The position numbers and the translations under genes are program-made. DNA of 64,000 bases from an uncultured Myxococcales bacterium (lineage in GTDB: Bacteria; Myxococcota_A; UBA9042; CAIXZC01), in contig CAZVFX010000002.1 in NCBI GenBank assembly GCA_964626565.1, positions 4,822-68,821 of the forward strand, read 5' to 3'. This document shows positions 36,201-43,722 of this stretch, one piece after another (position 1 is the first letter of the stretch; every line of letters starts with the position of its first letter). Under the pieces are notes generated by a model. The model made no database searches and had not been told where the DNA came from. It saw only the letters and a program-made list of their open reading frames with translations.

Positions 36201-37500
36201 TTGGATCAAGATGTGTGTGTTTGCGTTTGCGTTTGCGCTGGCCGCGTCCTGCGGCAGCAGCTCCAACGGCGACGAGGACACCAAAGTTGGCGAAGACACG
36301 ACTCAGGCCGATGTGTTAGCGGAAGTTGGGGAGGAAGACCTGGTGGAAGCGGATCTTGCTGCAGATGCCGCGGTTGACCCGGATACGGCCGTGGATCCGG
36401 ATGCGGCTGTGGACCCGGACACCGCTGTGGACCCGGACACCGCTGTGGACCCCGACCTGGCCGAAGATATCGTCCAACCGCCGCCGGTGTACCCGCTCTT
36501 TGCCGCTCCGGAAGGTGTGCTGGCCCACGGCGGCAAGATCTTCGTGACCAACACCAACGGCGCTTACAACGCCGACCTGGGCAAGATGATCTACGGCCCC
36601 GGTTACGTCACCGTGCTCAACGCCGACGACCTCTCCTACTACGGGCAGTTCGAGACCCCGTACCAGAATCCCCAGTATCTGCTCAAAGCCGGCGACCGAC
36701 TGGTGGTGGTGTGCTCGGGCACCGCGGAAATGGACGAAAACTGGGTCATGTCCCCGGACACCCCGGGAGGCGCGGTACTTTACGATCCGGCTACCTTGGA
36801 ACAGTTGGGCGACGTGGCCGTACCCGCCGGCACTCCAGAACCCCTGGCCGGCTTCCCCGGCGCGGCAGCTTACGCACCCGCCGAGGACCTGCTCCTGGCG
36901 GGCAGCGGGACGTCAGGCTTTGTCTATGTCATGAACCTCACCAGCCTCGAACTGCAGGCCTCCATGCCCATGTACGCCGACGCAGGTGCGGCCAACGATC
37001 TCATTCTTCCCGTTGTTGACGGCGCAAAGGCCTATGCTGCATCGTTCAACCGGGGCATGGTCTACTCGTACGATCTCGAAAAGGAGGGGGAAGGTCCAGC
37101 TTACGATGTCACCGAAACCGACGAGCTGGAAGGACCCACCGACGTGCTGCTGGCAGATGGCGTCCTGTACGTGCTCAACTCAATCTCATCGTCGGTCGCG
37201 GCCCTGGACCTGGCGTCTGGCGACGTGACCTTTCCCTTCACCACCGGCGCAGTCCCCAACCGCCTCTCCCACCACGACGGCAATCTGTTCGTGGTGAATT
37301 CCGTCGACAATAACCTCACGAAGTACGATATTGAAGCCGGGGAGGTGACCCAGTCGTTCGCATCGTTCGATCCGGGCACCAACCCGTGGGACATGGCCGT
37401 GGCCGGAGACGCCGGATATGTAACCGGCTACATGACGAACAACCTGGTCAAAGTCGACCTGACCACAGGAGACATCGTTGCAACAAAAGGCAACGACTAA
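36187..37500 (+). CDS. Surface/periplasmic lipoprotein with a D/A/V/P-rich linker and a YVTN-type beta-propeller, a BtuG-like candidate B12-binding accessory protein.
   Basis: Lipobox FALAASC. The linker AVDPDTAVDPDAAVDPDTAVDPDTAVDPD is encoded by 18-bp DNA repeats. Repeated beta-propeller blades (GKIFVTN, GDRLVVVCSG, GFVYVMN, GVLYVLNS, GNLFVVNS). Position between btuB and btuFCD. Confidence 0.5.
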   Translation: MKKSNWIKMCVFAFAFALAASCGSSSNGDEDTKVGEDTTQADVLAEVGEEDLVEADLAADAAVDPDTAVDPDAAVDPDTAVDPDTAVDPDLAEDIVQPPPVYPLFAAPEGVLAHGGKIFVTNTNGAYNADLGKMIYGPGYVTVLNADDLSYYGQFETPYQNPQYLLKAGDRLVVVCSGTAEMDENWVMSPDTPGGAVLYDPATLEQLGDVAVPAGTPEPLAGFPGAAAYAPAEDLLLAGSGTSGFVYVMNLTSLELQASMPMYADAGAANDLILPVVDGAKAYAASFNRGMVYSYDLEKEGEGPAYDVTETDELEGPTDVLLADGVLYVLNSISSSVAALDLASGDVTFPFTTGAVPNRLSHHDGNLFVVNSVDNNLTKYDIEAGEVTQSFASFDPGTNPWDMAVAGDAGYVTGYMTNNLVKVDLTTGDIVATKGND

Positions 37501-38419
37501 CCATCAGTACCCCGAGGGCGAGCGAGGGGCCTGCGCCGCGTCGGCACAGCCGGTTCTAGCCTGTCTTCTGTCTCTTCTCCTCCTCTTTCCGTGCGCCTGC
37601 ACCAAGAAGGACGCCGGCGCACAGGCCTCCTCCAACTTCGACCACGTGTCGAAGAAGGAGCATGCCCGCATCGTTTCCCTGGCCCCCAACCTCACCGAGA
37701 TGCTGTTTCTCATCGGGGCCGGGGACAGGGTCGTCGGCCGCAGTTCGTTTTGCGATTTTCCGGCTGAAGTTTCGCAACTGCCGGTGGTGGGGGGCGGTAT
37801 CAATCCCGATCTCGAGGCGATGCTGTCGCTGAAACCCGACCTGGTGGTCTGCCTCAACTCCCAACTCTCCGCGGTGCCGGCAAGCTTGCTGGAAGAGGGC
37901 GGGGTGGAGCTCTACTGGAGCCGGGTGGAGATCGCGGAGGATGTAGTGCGCACCCTTCAAGAACTGGGCACGCTGGCCGGCGGGGAGGAGGAGGCGAGCC
38001 GAACTTCGGCCGACTTACAACACGAACTGAACTTGCTGTCGGGAAAAAAATGCGACCGCCGTGTTCTGTTCGTTCACGGCCATCGCCCGATCATGTCCGC
38101 GGGGAAGGGCTCTTGGGGCCACCAGCTAATCGAGTTGGCCGGCTACGTCAACGCGCTGGGGGACGTGGAAACCGCGTACCCGGCTCTCGACCTTGAGCAG
38201 GTGATGGCGGCCCGGCCAGACTTCATAATCGATACGTCGTTTGTCGAGGAGCGAAAGCGGCTCGATGAATTCTGGACCCAGTTCGAAAGTGAAGGTAAGG
38301 CCCGGTGGAAAGTGTTGTTCCTGTCCGACAACAGTTTGCTCAGGCCCGGTCCCCGGGTGGTGGACGCTGTGCGGCTGATTCGAGAGCGACTGGCCGATGC
38401 AGGAGGGTGTACGCCATGA
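37478..38419 (+). CDS. btuF: Periplasmic substrate-binding protein of a cobalamin/iron-siderophore ABC transporter (BtuF-like, TroA cluster).
   Basis: RIVSLAPNLTEMLFLIGAGDRVVGRSSFCDFP...LKPDLVV. The start is uncertain (TTG at 37478 gives a signal peptide). The gene's 5' end overlaps a short repeated element. Confidence 0.65.
   Translation: MQQKATTNHQYPEGERGACAASAQPVLACLLSLLLLFPCACTKKDAGAQASSNFDHVSKKEHARIVSLAPNLTEMLFLIGAGDRVVGRSSFCDFPAEVSQLPVVGGGINPDLEAMLSLKPDLVVCLNSQLSAVPASLLEEGGVELYWSRVEIAEDVVRTLQELGTLAGGEEEASRTSADLQHELNLLSGKKCDRRVLFVHGHRPIMSAGKGSWGHQLIELAGYVNALGDVETAYPALDLEQVMAARPDFIIDTSFVEERKRLDEFWTQFESEGKARWKVLFLSDNSLLRPGPRVVDAVRLIRERLADAGGCTP
37499..37550. repeat. Short repeat element ACCATCAGTA-CCCCGAGGGCG-AGCGAGGGGCCTGCGCCGCG at the btuG-like/btuF junction. 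A condensed copy of the sequence at 40205-40325.
   Basis: Direct sequence comparison shows shared blocks ACCATCAGTA, CAGTACCCCGAG and GCGAGGGGCCTGCGCYGCG. Confidence 0.55.
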
Positions 38420-39438
38420 GGCGGTCGACCCTCATCGGAATCGCGGTGTTGGCCGCGCTCACCGCGCTGGCCTTTCTGCTGTATTTGTGTGCGGGCACCA
38501 GGTTTGTCTCACCGCTGGATGTACTGGGCGGGGGGCTCGAAGGGGATGATGCCCTGCTGGTGTACGGTTTTCGCCTCAAAAGAGCGCTGTTGGCAGTGAT
38601 CGTGGGCTCCAGCCTCGCTATTTCCGGGGCTGCATTCCAGGCGTTGCTCCGCAACCCCCTGGCCGACCCGTTTGTGGTGGGGGTTTCCGGCGGCGCGGCC
38701 ATCGGCGGCACCGTGGTGATGGTTACCTTCTCCGCGGTGCTCTCCGCGCTACCTGTGATCTTCCAGTCCATGGCAGTCTTTGTGGGCGCATTCGCAGGCT
38801 CGGTGCTGGTCGCGGTCATGCTCTACTCCCTGTCTACGTCCCGGGGGATGCTGGTCACCAACAGCCTGCTGTTGATGGGGGTTGTGTTCAACTTCTTCGC
38901 CTCGGCCGTGGTGCTGTTCCTCAAAACCATCCTCCATGGCACCAAGTTGCAAGAGGTGCTGTTCTGGCTCATGGGTTCCCTGGCCGTCGAGACGCTCCCC
39001 TGGGGAGTGATCTACATCTCCGTTGTTGCTGTCGGAGTCGCAATGACGGCCCTGCTGTTCCTGGGCAGGCACGTGAACCTCATCTCCGTTGGAGAGGAAT
39101 TCGGCTATGGCAGCGGCGCCAATCCTGAACGCATAAAGAAGCTGTTGTTCCTCTTTGCCTCGGTGCTGGTGGCCGCGGCCGTGTCCATCGCCGGGTTCAT
39201 CGGTTTTGTCGGGCTCATCGTGCCCCACGTGGTGCGCCTGCTGTTCGGTGCTGACCACCGCAGCTTGTTTCCGCTGTCCGCACTGCTGGGAGCGGCGTTT
39301 TTGCTGCTGGCGGATCTGCTTAGCCGCCTCTCCTTCCCCCTGTTCGGCAACCAGCTTCCCGTGGGAGTGCTCACCGCCTTCATCGGCGGACCTGCGTTCA
39401 TCTGGCTGCTGGCGAGGGCGCAAAGGAGGGCGTCATGA
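38416..39438 (+). CDS. btuC: ABC transporter permease, FecCD family (BtuC-like).
   Basis: The ATG overlaps the upstream stop (ATGA) with an AGGAGGG RBS. Nine or more TM helices and the FecCD signature region. Confidence 0.7.
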   Translation: MRRSTLIGIAVLAALTALAFLLYLCAGTRFVSPLDVLGGGLEGDDALLVYGFRLKRALLAVIVGSSLAISGAAFQALLRNPLADPFVVGVSGGAAIGGTVVMVTFSAVLSALPVIFQSMAVFVGAFAGSVLVAVMLYSLSTSRGMLVTNSLLLMGVVFNFFASAVVLFLKTILHGTKLQEVLFWLMGSLAVETLPWGVIYISVVAVGVAMTALLFLGRHVNLISVGEEFGYGSGANPERIKKLLFLFASVLVAAAVSIAGFIGFVGLIVPHVVRLLFGADHRSLFPLSALLGAAFLLLADLLSRLSFPLFGNQLPVGVLTAFIGGPAFIWLLARAQRRAS

Positions 39439-40217
39439 CCGGACCCTCCCTGGCGTGCCGCAACGTCTCCTTCGCCTTTGGCGACAGGGAAGTGCTGTCG
39501 GACATCTCCTTTGCCGCTGATGCCGGTGACTTCGTCGCCGTAATCGGCCCCAACGGCGCAGGAAAATCCACCCTGCTCCGCCTCCTCTCCGGTTTTTTTA
39601 CCTCGCCCAAACAAGGAAGTGGGGTGTGGTGCGGGGGGCGGGAAGTACCCCGGCTGACCGGCCCGGAAAGAGCCGCGGCCGTCGGTTTCCTCCCCCAGTC
39701 GGTGCAGACCTTTTTCCCCTTTACCTGTCTGGAGATGGTGCGCATGGGCAGGTCGGTCCTCTCCCGGGGATTCTCCAACCGGGAGGAAGACGCCCGGGCC
39801 GCAGAAGCGCTGGAGCAGGTAGGTATGGCCGGGTTCGCCAACCGACCCTATCCCAACATTTCGGGAGGAGAGCAGAAGCTGGCGCTGCTGGCCAAGATGT
39901 TTGCCCAGGACCCCCAGGTCCTGCTCCTCGACGAACCGATCGCAGCATTGGACGCGGGCCACGCCTTGCGGGTTATGAAGCTCTTGCGCCAGCGAGCCGA
40001 GTCGGGCAAGACAGTGGTCGCCGTGATGCACGACCTCAACCAGGCCCTGGCCCACTGCAACCGGTTCTTACTCCTCGACCAAGGGGTACAGTTGTTCTAC
40101 GGCACTTCAGCCGAACTTCTCGCCGGCGAACTCCTCCAAAACGCCTACGGCGTCAGTCTCACCACAGTGAGGCATCCTTCCTCCGGCATCCAGTTCCTCC
40201 TGCCGGACCATCAGTAG
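39435..40217 (+). CDS. btuD: ABC transporter ATP-binding protein (BtuD/FecE-like).
   Basis: Walker A GPNGAGKSTLL, signature LSGGEQKLALLAKMF, Walker B LLLDEP. Overlaps the btuC stop. Confidence 0.8.
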   Translation: MTGPSLACRNVSFAFGDREVLSDISFAADAGDFVAVIGPNGAGKSTLLRLLSGFFTSPKQGSGVWCGGREVPRLTGPERAAAVGFLPQSVQTFFPFTCLEMVRMGRSVLSRGFSNREEDARAAEALEQVGMAGFANRPYPNISGGEQKLALLAKMFAQDPQVLLLDEPIAALDAGHALRVMKLLRQRAESGKTVVAVMHDLNQALAHCNRFLLLDQGVQLFYGTSAELLAGELLQNAYGVSLTTVRHPSSGIQFLLPDHQ

Positions 40218-40241
40218 GCGCCCCCGCAGCCTCAGCCTCCC
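40193..40241. repeat. Direct repeat copy 1 (TCCTCCTGCCGGACCATCAGTAGGCGCCCCCGC...CAGCCTCCCAC) spanning the btuD stop codon.
   Basis: 33/33 nt identical, plus additional matching 3' blocks, to 41085-41133. Confidence 0.75.
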
Positions 40242-40396
40242 ACACTCGGCACCAACAGTACCCCGAGAGCGCCTGTCTCGACGTAGTCTTGGCGGAGTCG
40301 GAAGCGAGGGGCCTGCGCTGCGCAGCATCGGCCGGGTCCTGTCATTCTGGACAACGCGAGGTGGATGTTGCATCATGACGGTAGGAGGAGTGAGCC

Positions 40397-40717
40397 ATGG
40401 CCGAAACGCCAGCGACGGCAGCCATCGTACAGCGAGTGCTGGAAGTCTTTCCCAACGCCGAGAGGGTTCTGCTTTTTGGTTCACGGGCAACGGGCAGATT
40501 TGCCCCGGACAGCGACCACGATCTTCTGGTTGTTGCATCGACGGATCTACCTCCGGCCAGGCGGGGTGCGGCGGTTCGTCTGGGACTGAGGGGTTTGCAT
40601 GGCGCGTTTGATGTCCTGGTTGTCACTCCCGAAGAATACGAGCGGCTTGTGCGATGGAAAAGTACCGTCGTGTACAGAGCTTCGCAAGAGGGGACGGTCC
40701 TCCATGAAGCGGCCTGA
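40397..40717 (+). CDS. mntA: Minimal nucleotidyltransferase (MNT) antitoxin of a HepT/MntA-type type VII TA system.
   Basis: LLFGSRATGRFAPDSDHDLLVV (GS...DxD nucleotidyltransferase motif). 106 aa. Overlaps the downstream HEPN gene by 14 nt. Confidence 0.7.
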   Translation: MAETPATAAIVQRVLEVFPNAERVLLFGSRATGRFAPDSDHDLLVVASTDLPPARRGAAVRLGLRGLHGAFDVLVVTPEEYERLVRWKSTVVYRASQEGTVLHEAA

Positions 40718-41108
40718 CGACCCGGAAGTACAAGCATGGCTGGAGAAGGCCCGGGGCGATCTGCGCATGGCGCAACTCGCGACGGGGACCGAATCGCCTC
40801 TTTGGGACCAAGCGTGCTTCCACTCGCAACAAGCGGTGGAGAAATCGCTCAAGGCTCTGCTGGTGGCCGCTGATCTTGATGTTCCCCGCACTCATGACCT
40901 CGTCCTGCTGTTGGATTCTCTGGCGGAGCGATTGCCCGGCCTGGAGCGGTTCGCCGAATCGGTGGCCCTGCTCACCCAATTCGGGGTGACACCGCGATAC
41001 CCGAGCTTCCTGGCGCCAGAAACCGAGGAAGATGCCCGAGCAGCACTTGGCTCAGCCGAAGAACTGATGAAGCGAATCGACGAGCTCCTCCTGCCGGACC
41101 ATCAGTAG
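40704..41108 (+). CDS. hepT: HEPN-domain toxin (HepT-like RNase).
   Basis: From the internal ATG (MKRPDDPEV...). HEPN Rx4-6H motif region PRTHDLVLLLDS. About 134 aa. Confidence 0.65.
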   Translation: MKRPDDPEVQAWLEKARGDLRMAQLATGTESPLWDQACFHSQQAVEKSLKALLVAADLDVPRTHDLVLLLDSLAERLPGLERFAESVALLTQFGVTPRYPSFLAPETEEDARAALGSAEELMKRIDELLLPDHQ

Positions 41109-41133
41109 GCGCCCCCGCCACCCCAGCCTCCCA
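41085..41133. repeat. Direct repeat copy 2 (see 40193-40241).
   Basis: Sequence identity with copy 1. Confidence 0.75.
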
Positions 41134-41207
41134 CGCGGATCGCTTGCGATGCGGGCTTTCTGGCTTTCGCCGCCCACATGTATTAACATTCCCGACAGGA
41201 GGGCGGG

Positions 41208-42407
41208 ATGGATTTTGTGCTGGCCTGCAACTGGGATGAACGGCTGATAGACGTCGCCCGGAAGCACGGCGTGACAGAGTTGTTCGGAAAACTCCACCAC
41301 GATCTGGTGGGCGGTGGACGGGCCAGTTTTCTGCTCCCGAAGTTGACTCGAAAGGAAGCGGAAAGATATATTAGCAATGTCCACGATGCGGGCATCCAGT
41401 TCAACTATCTCTTGAACGGCACCTGCCTCGGCAATCGGGAGCTCACCCGGGCCGGTCAGAAGGAACTGGACAGCCTGGTCGGTTGGGCCTGGGACGCGGG
41501 CGTTCGCTGGTTCACCGTCTCCATCCCCTACCTCGCCCGCAAAATCAAGCGCCGCTACCCCGACGCGCACATTGTGGTCTCCATGATGGCCGGCGTCGAG
41601 TCGGTTGAAACCGCGAAATACTGGGAAGAAGCCGGCGCCGAAGTCCTCATCCTCTTCGATTCCAAAGATTTCAACCTGCTCCGAGCGCTGAAAAAGCATA
41701 CGGGGCTGAAGCTGGAAGTCGCGGGCAACCTGTCCTGCATGAACAGGTGCCACCAGACCTTCTACCACGGCAACGTCGCCTCCCATGGCTCCAACGCCTC
41801 GGGCACGGGGATGTTCACTCTGCCCGTGTGCGAGACCAGGTGCACCTACATGAAGGTGAAAGAGCCGAGGCGCATCATTGCGGGGCAGTGGGTGAGGCCC
41901 GACGACCTTCACATCTACGACGAGTTGGGTGTCGACCGGTTGAAACTGCTGGACCGCATTTCACCCACGGAGCAGCTCGAGAAGATCCTCACGGCCTATC
42001 GGGAAGGCGTGTACGAGGGCAATCTCGCCGAACTCATCCCCGGCTACCGCCAGGACCGGGTAGACGCCTACCTCAACGCAAGCCGACTCCCCCGCATGGT
42101 GCAGGCGTTTCTGCGCCCCGAGAAATACAATGTGTTCAAGGCGCTGCCATTTGCCCGGCGCAACCGCCAGCCGACCTTTACTATCGACAACCGCGCCCTG
42201 GACGGTTTTCTGGATGGATTCAGCAAGCGCGATTGCCGCAGTCTTTCTTGCGCCGAGTGTGGGTGGTGCGACCGCTACGCGGAAAAGGCGATAAGTTTCG
42301 ACCCCGAGGAGCGAAAGCGATACCTCACTGACGTCGAGAATAATCTCGAAGAGCTTGAAAGCGGCAGCTTCTTCTCGTATCTTCCCGCCAACAGGAAGGA
42401 AGAATGA
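41208..42407 (+). CDS. Putative Fe-S protein, peptidase-U32-like family (UbiU/UbiV/RlhA-like TIM-barrel), paralog A.
   Basis: N-terminal (VLACNWDERLIDVARKHGVTELFGKL) resembles the U32 N-terminus (LxxPxxxxExLxxxxxxGADxVYxG). Two Cx3C motifs (LSCMNRC, VCETRC; compare UbiV CETCC). C-terminal Cx4Cx2Cx2C cluster. 399 aa. Confidence 0.4.
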   Translation: MDFVLACNWDERLIDVARKHGVTELFGKLHHDLVGGGRASFLLPKLTRKEAERYISNVHDAGIQFNYLLNGTCLGNRELTRAGQKELDSLVGWAWDAGVRWFTVSIPYLARKIKRRYPDAHIVVSMMAGVESVETAKYWEEAGAEVLILFDSKDFNLLRALKKHTGLKLEVAGNLSCMNRCHQTFYHGNVASHGSNASGTGMFTLPVCETRCTYMKVKEPRRIIAGQWVRPDDLHIYDELGVDRLKLLDRISPTEQLEKILTAYREGVYEGNLAELIPGYRQDRVDAYLNASRLPRMVQAFLRPEKYNVFKALPFARRNRQPTFTIDNRALDGFLDGFSKRDCRSLSCAECGWCDRYAEKAISFDPEERKRYLTDVENNLEELESGSFFSYLPANRKEE

Positions 42408-43603
42408 AGCTGTCGGCCCCAACCAATTTTGACGATGCGCTAATCGAGCCTCTGGCCGCGGCCGGCGTTCACGAAATCTACGGCAAGCTTACCGCGGACG
42501 CGGTGGGCGGTGGCCGCACATCCCACGTGCTGCCGCCGGTGGACAAGAAACGGCTCAACGAGCACGCAACCCTGGCTCGCAAGGCAGGCATCCAGTTCAA
42601 CTATCTGCTCAACGCCGCGGCCATGGGCGGCATGGAAACCACCGCGGGCGGCTACAAGAGCATTCGCCGGATCCTCGACATGGTGAGTGAACTGGGCCTC
42701 AACTCAATTACCGTGTCCAACCCCCTGCTGCTGCAGATTTCCAAACGCCACAACCCCGGCCTCGAGGTGAAAGTGTCCGCGTTCGCCAACGTGGTCAACG
42801 TGTTCCAAGCCCGCCAGTGGGCGGATATGGGCGCCGACGTCATCACCGCTTCCCCCGTTGCGCTGAACCGGGAGTTGAAGACTCTCGAAGAGATGGCCGG
42901 AACTGTGAACGCGGAAATTCAGGTGATCCTCAACAACAACTGCATTCAGTCGTGTGCTTTCTACAACACCCACGCCAACCTCCACTCCCACTCGTCGCAG
43001 AAAGGGCACTGGTCGAAGGGGTATATGATCGACTACTGCCTGCTCAACTGCAGGACGGCAAGGCTTACTGATCCCGCCCTATATATCCGGGGTGACTGGA
43101 TTCGGCCCGAGGATATGGACCTCTACGAATCGCTGGGCATGGAGTATTTCAAGGTGGTGAACCGCTCCAATCCTACCGACGTAATCATCCGCCGGGTGCA
43201 GGCTTATGCTGCCCGTCGATTCGACGGCAATCTTCTGGAGCTGGTGGAGCACGCGCAGGACCACCGGCAGAAAGGGGCGGAGAGCGCCGGGGCAAAGCTG
43301 CGCATGGCGAGGACGTTTGTGAGACCTACCCTGGTCAATCCCCTGCGGCTGAAAGAGTTCGGCGACCTGGCTTTTCCACTGGAGCCGGTGGTGGAGATAG
43401 ACAACCGGGCGCTGGATGGTTTTATCGATTACTTCAAGGAAAACAGTTGCGCTTCAAAGGGGTGCGACGTGTGCCGCTACTGCGAAGAGACCGCGGCCAA
43501 AGTGATCAAGATAAACGGGGTCGGTCTTGACGAGTACCGCCAGCGCTACAAGCAGGCGATGGATCGCTTCCTGGACGGCTACTATTTCAATTGGACAACC
43601 TGA
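42404..43603 (+). CDS. Putative Fe-S protein, peptidase-U32-like family, paralog B (translationally coupled to paralog A).
   Basis: KLSAPTNFDDALIEPLAAAGVHEIYGK. Cx3C motifs CIQSC and CLLNC. C-terminal CASKGCDVCRYC. 399 aa. Start overlaps the stop of paralog A (ATGA). Confidence 0.4.
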   Translation: MKLSAPTNFDDALIEPLAAAGVHEIYGKLTADAVGGGRTSHVLPPVDKKRLNEHATLARKAGIQFNYLLNAAAMGGMETTAGGYKSIRRILDMVSELGLNSITVSNPLLLQISKRHNPGLEVKVSAFANVVNVFQARQWADMGADVITASPVALNRELKTLEEMAGTVNAEIQVILNNNCIQSCAFYNTHANLHSHSSQKGHWSKGYMIDYCLLNCRTARLTDPALYIRGDWIRPEDMDLYESLGMEYFKVVNRSNPTDVIIRRVQAYAARRFDGNLLELVEHAQDHRQKGAESAGAKLRMARTFVRPTLVNPLRLKEFGDLAFPLEPVVEIDNRALDGFIDYFKENSCASKGCDVCRYCEETAAKVIKINGVGLDEYRQRYKQAMDRFLDGYYFNWTT

Positions 43604-43639
43604 TAATTTCAAAAACCTAACATTTTGCTCACAAAAGAG

Positions 43640-43675
43640 TTGCTTTCCGGTTTTTCGTCCGTATAATGCGCCCAT
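43640..43675 (+). promoter_or_regulatory. Candidate sigma70-type promoter (TTGCTT - 16 nt - TATAAT) upstream of the lipoprotein gene.
   Basis: gagTTGCTTtccggtttttcgtccgTATAATgcg, then RBS GGGAGG before ATG 43723. Confidence 0.3.
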
Positions 43676-43722
43676 TCTTTGAGTCTGATTGACCGTTCTA
43701 TATTAATGGCGGGAGGATTGAA

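Larger units (their letters stand above)
40193..41133 (+). mobile_element. Inserted ~0.9-kb cassette carrying an MNT/HEPN toxin-antitoxin pair, bounded by ~49-bp direct repeats. The distal repeat donates the last 6 codons (LLPDHQ*) of the HEPN gene, identical to the btuD C-terminus.
   Basis: Direct repeats at 40193-40241 and 41085-41133. btuD ends ...LLPDHQ* and HEPN ends ...LLPDHQ*. A repeat-family element lies at 40252-40325 inside the cassette. No integrase or transposase is present. Confidence 0.45.

Noticed and set aside
39105-40055. 316-aa minus-strand ORF overlapping btuC/btuD (similarly 19238-20305 opposite the acyl-CoA dehydrogenase and 17425-18465 opposite the HAMP gene)
   Set aside because: The opposing frames carry strong Walker/FecCD/ACAD motifs. 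These ORFs are shadow ORFs.
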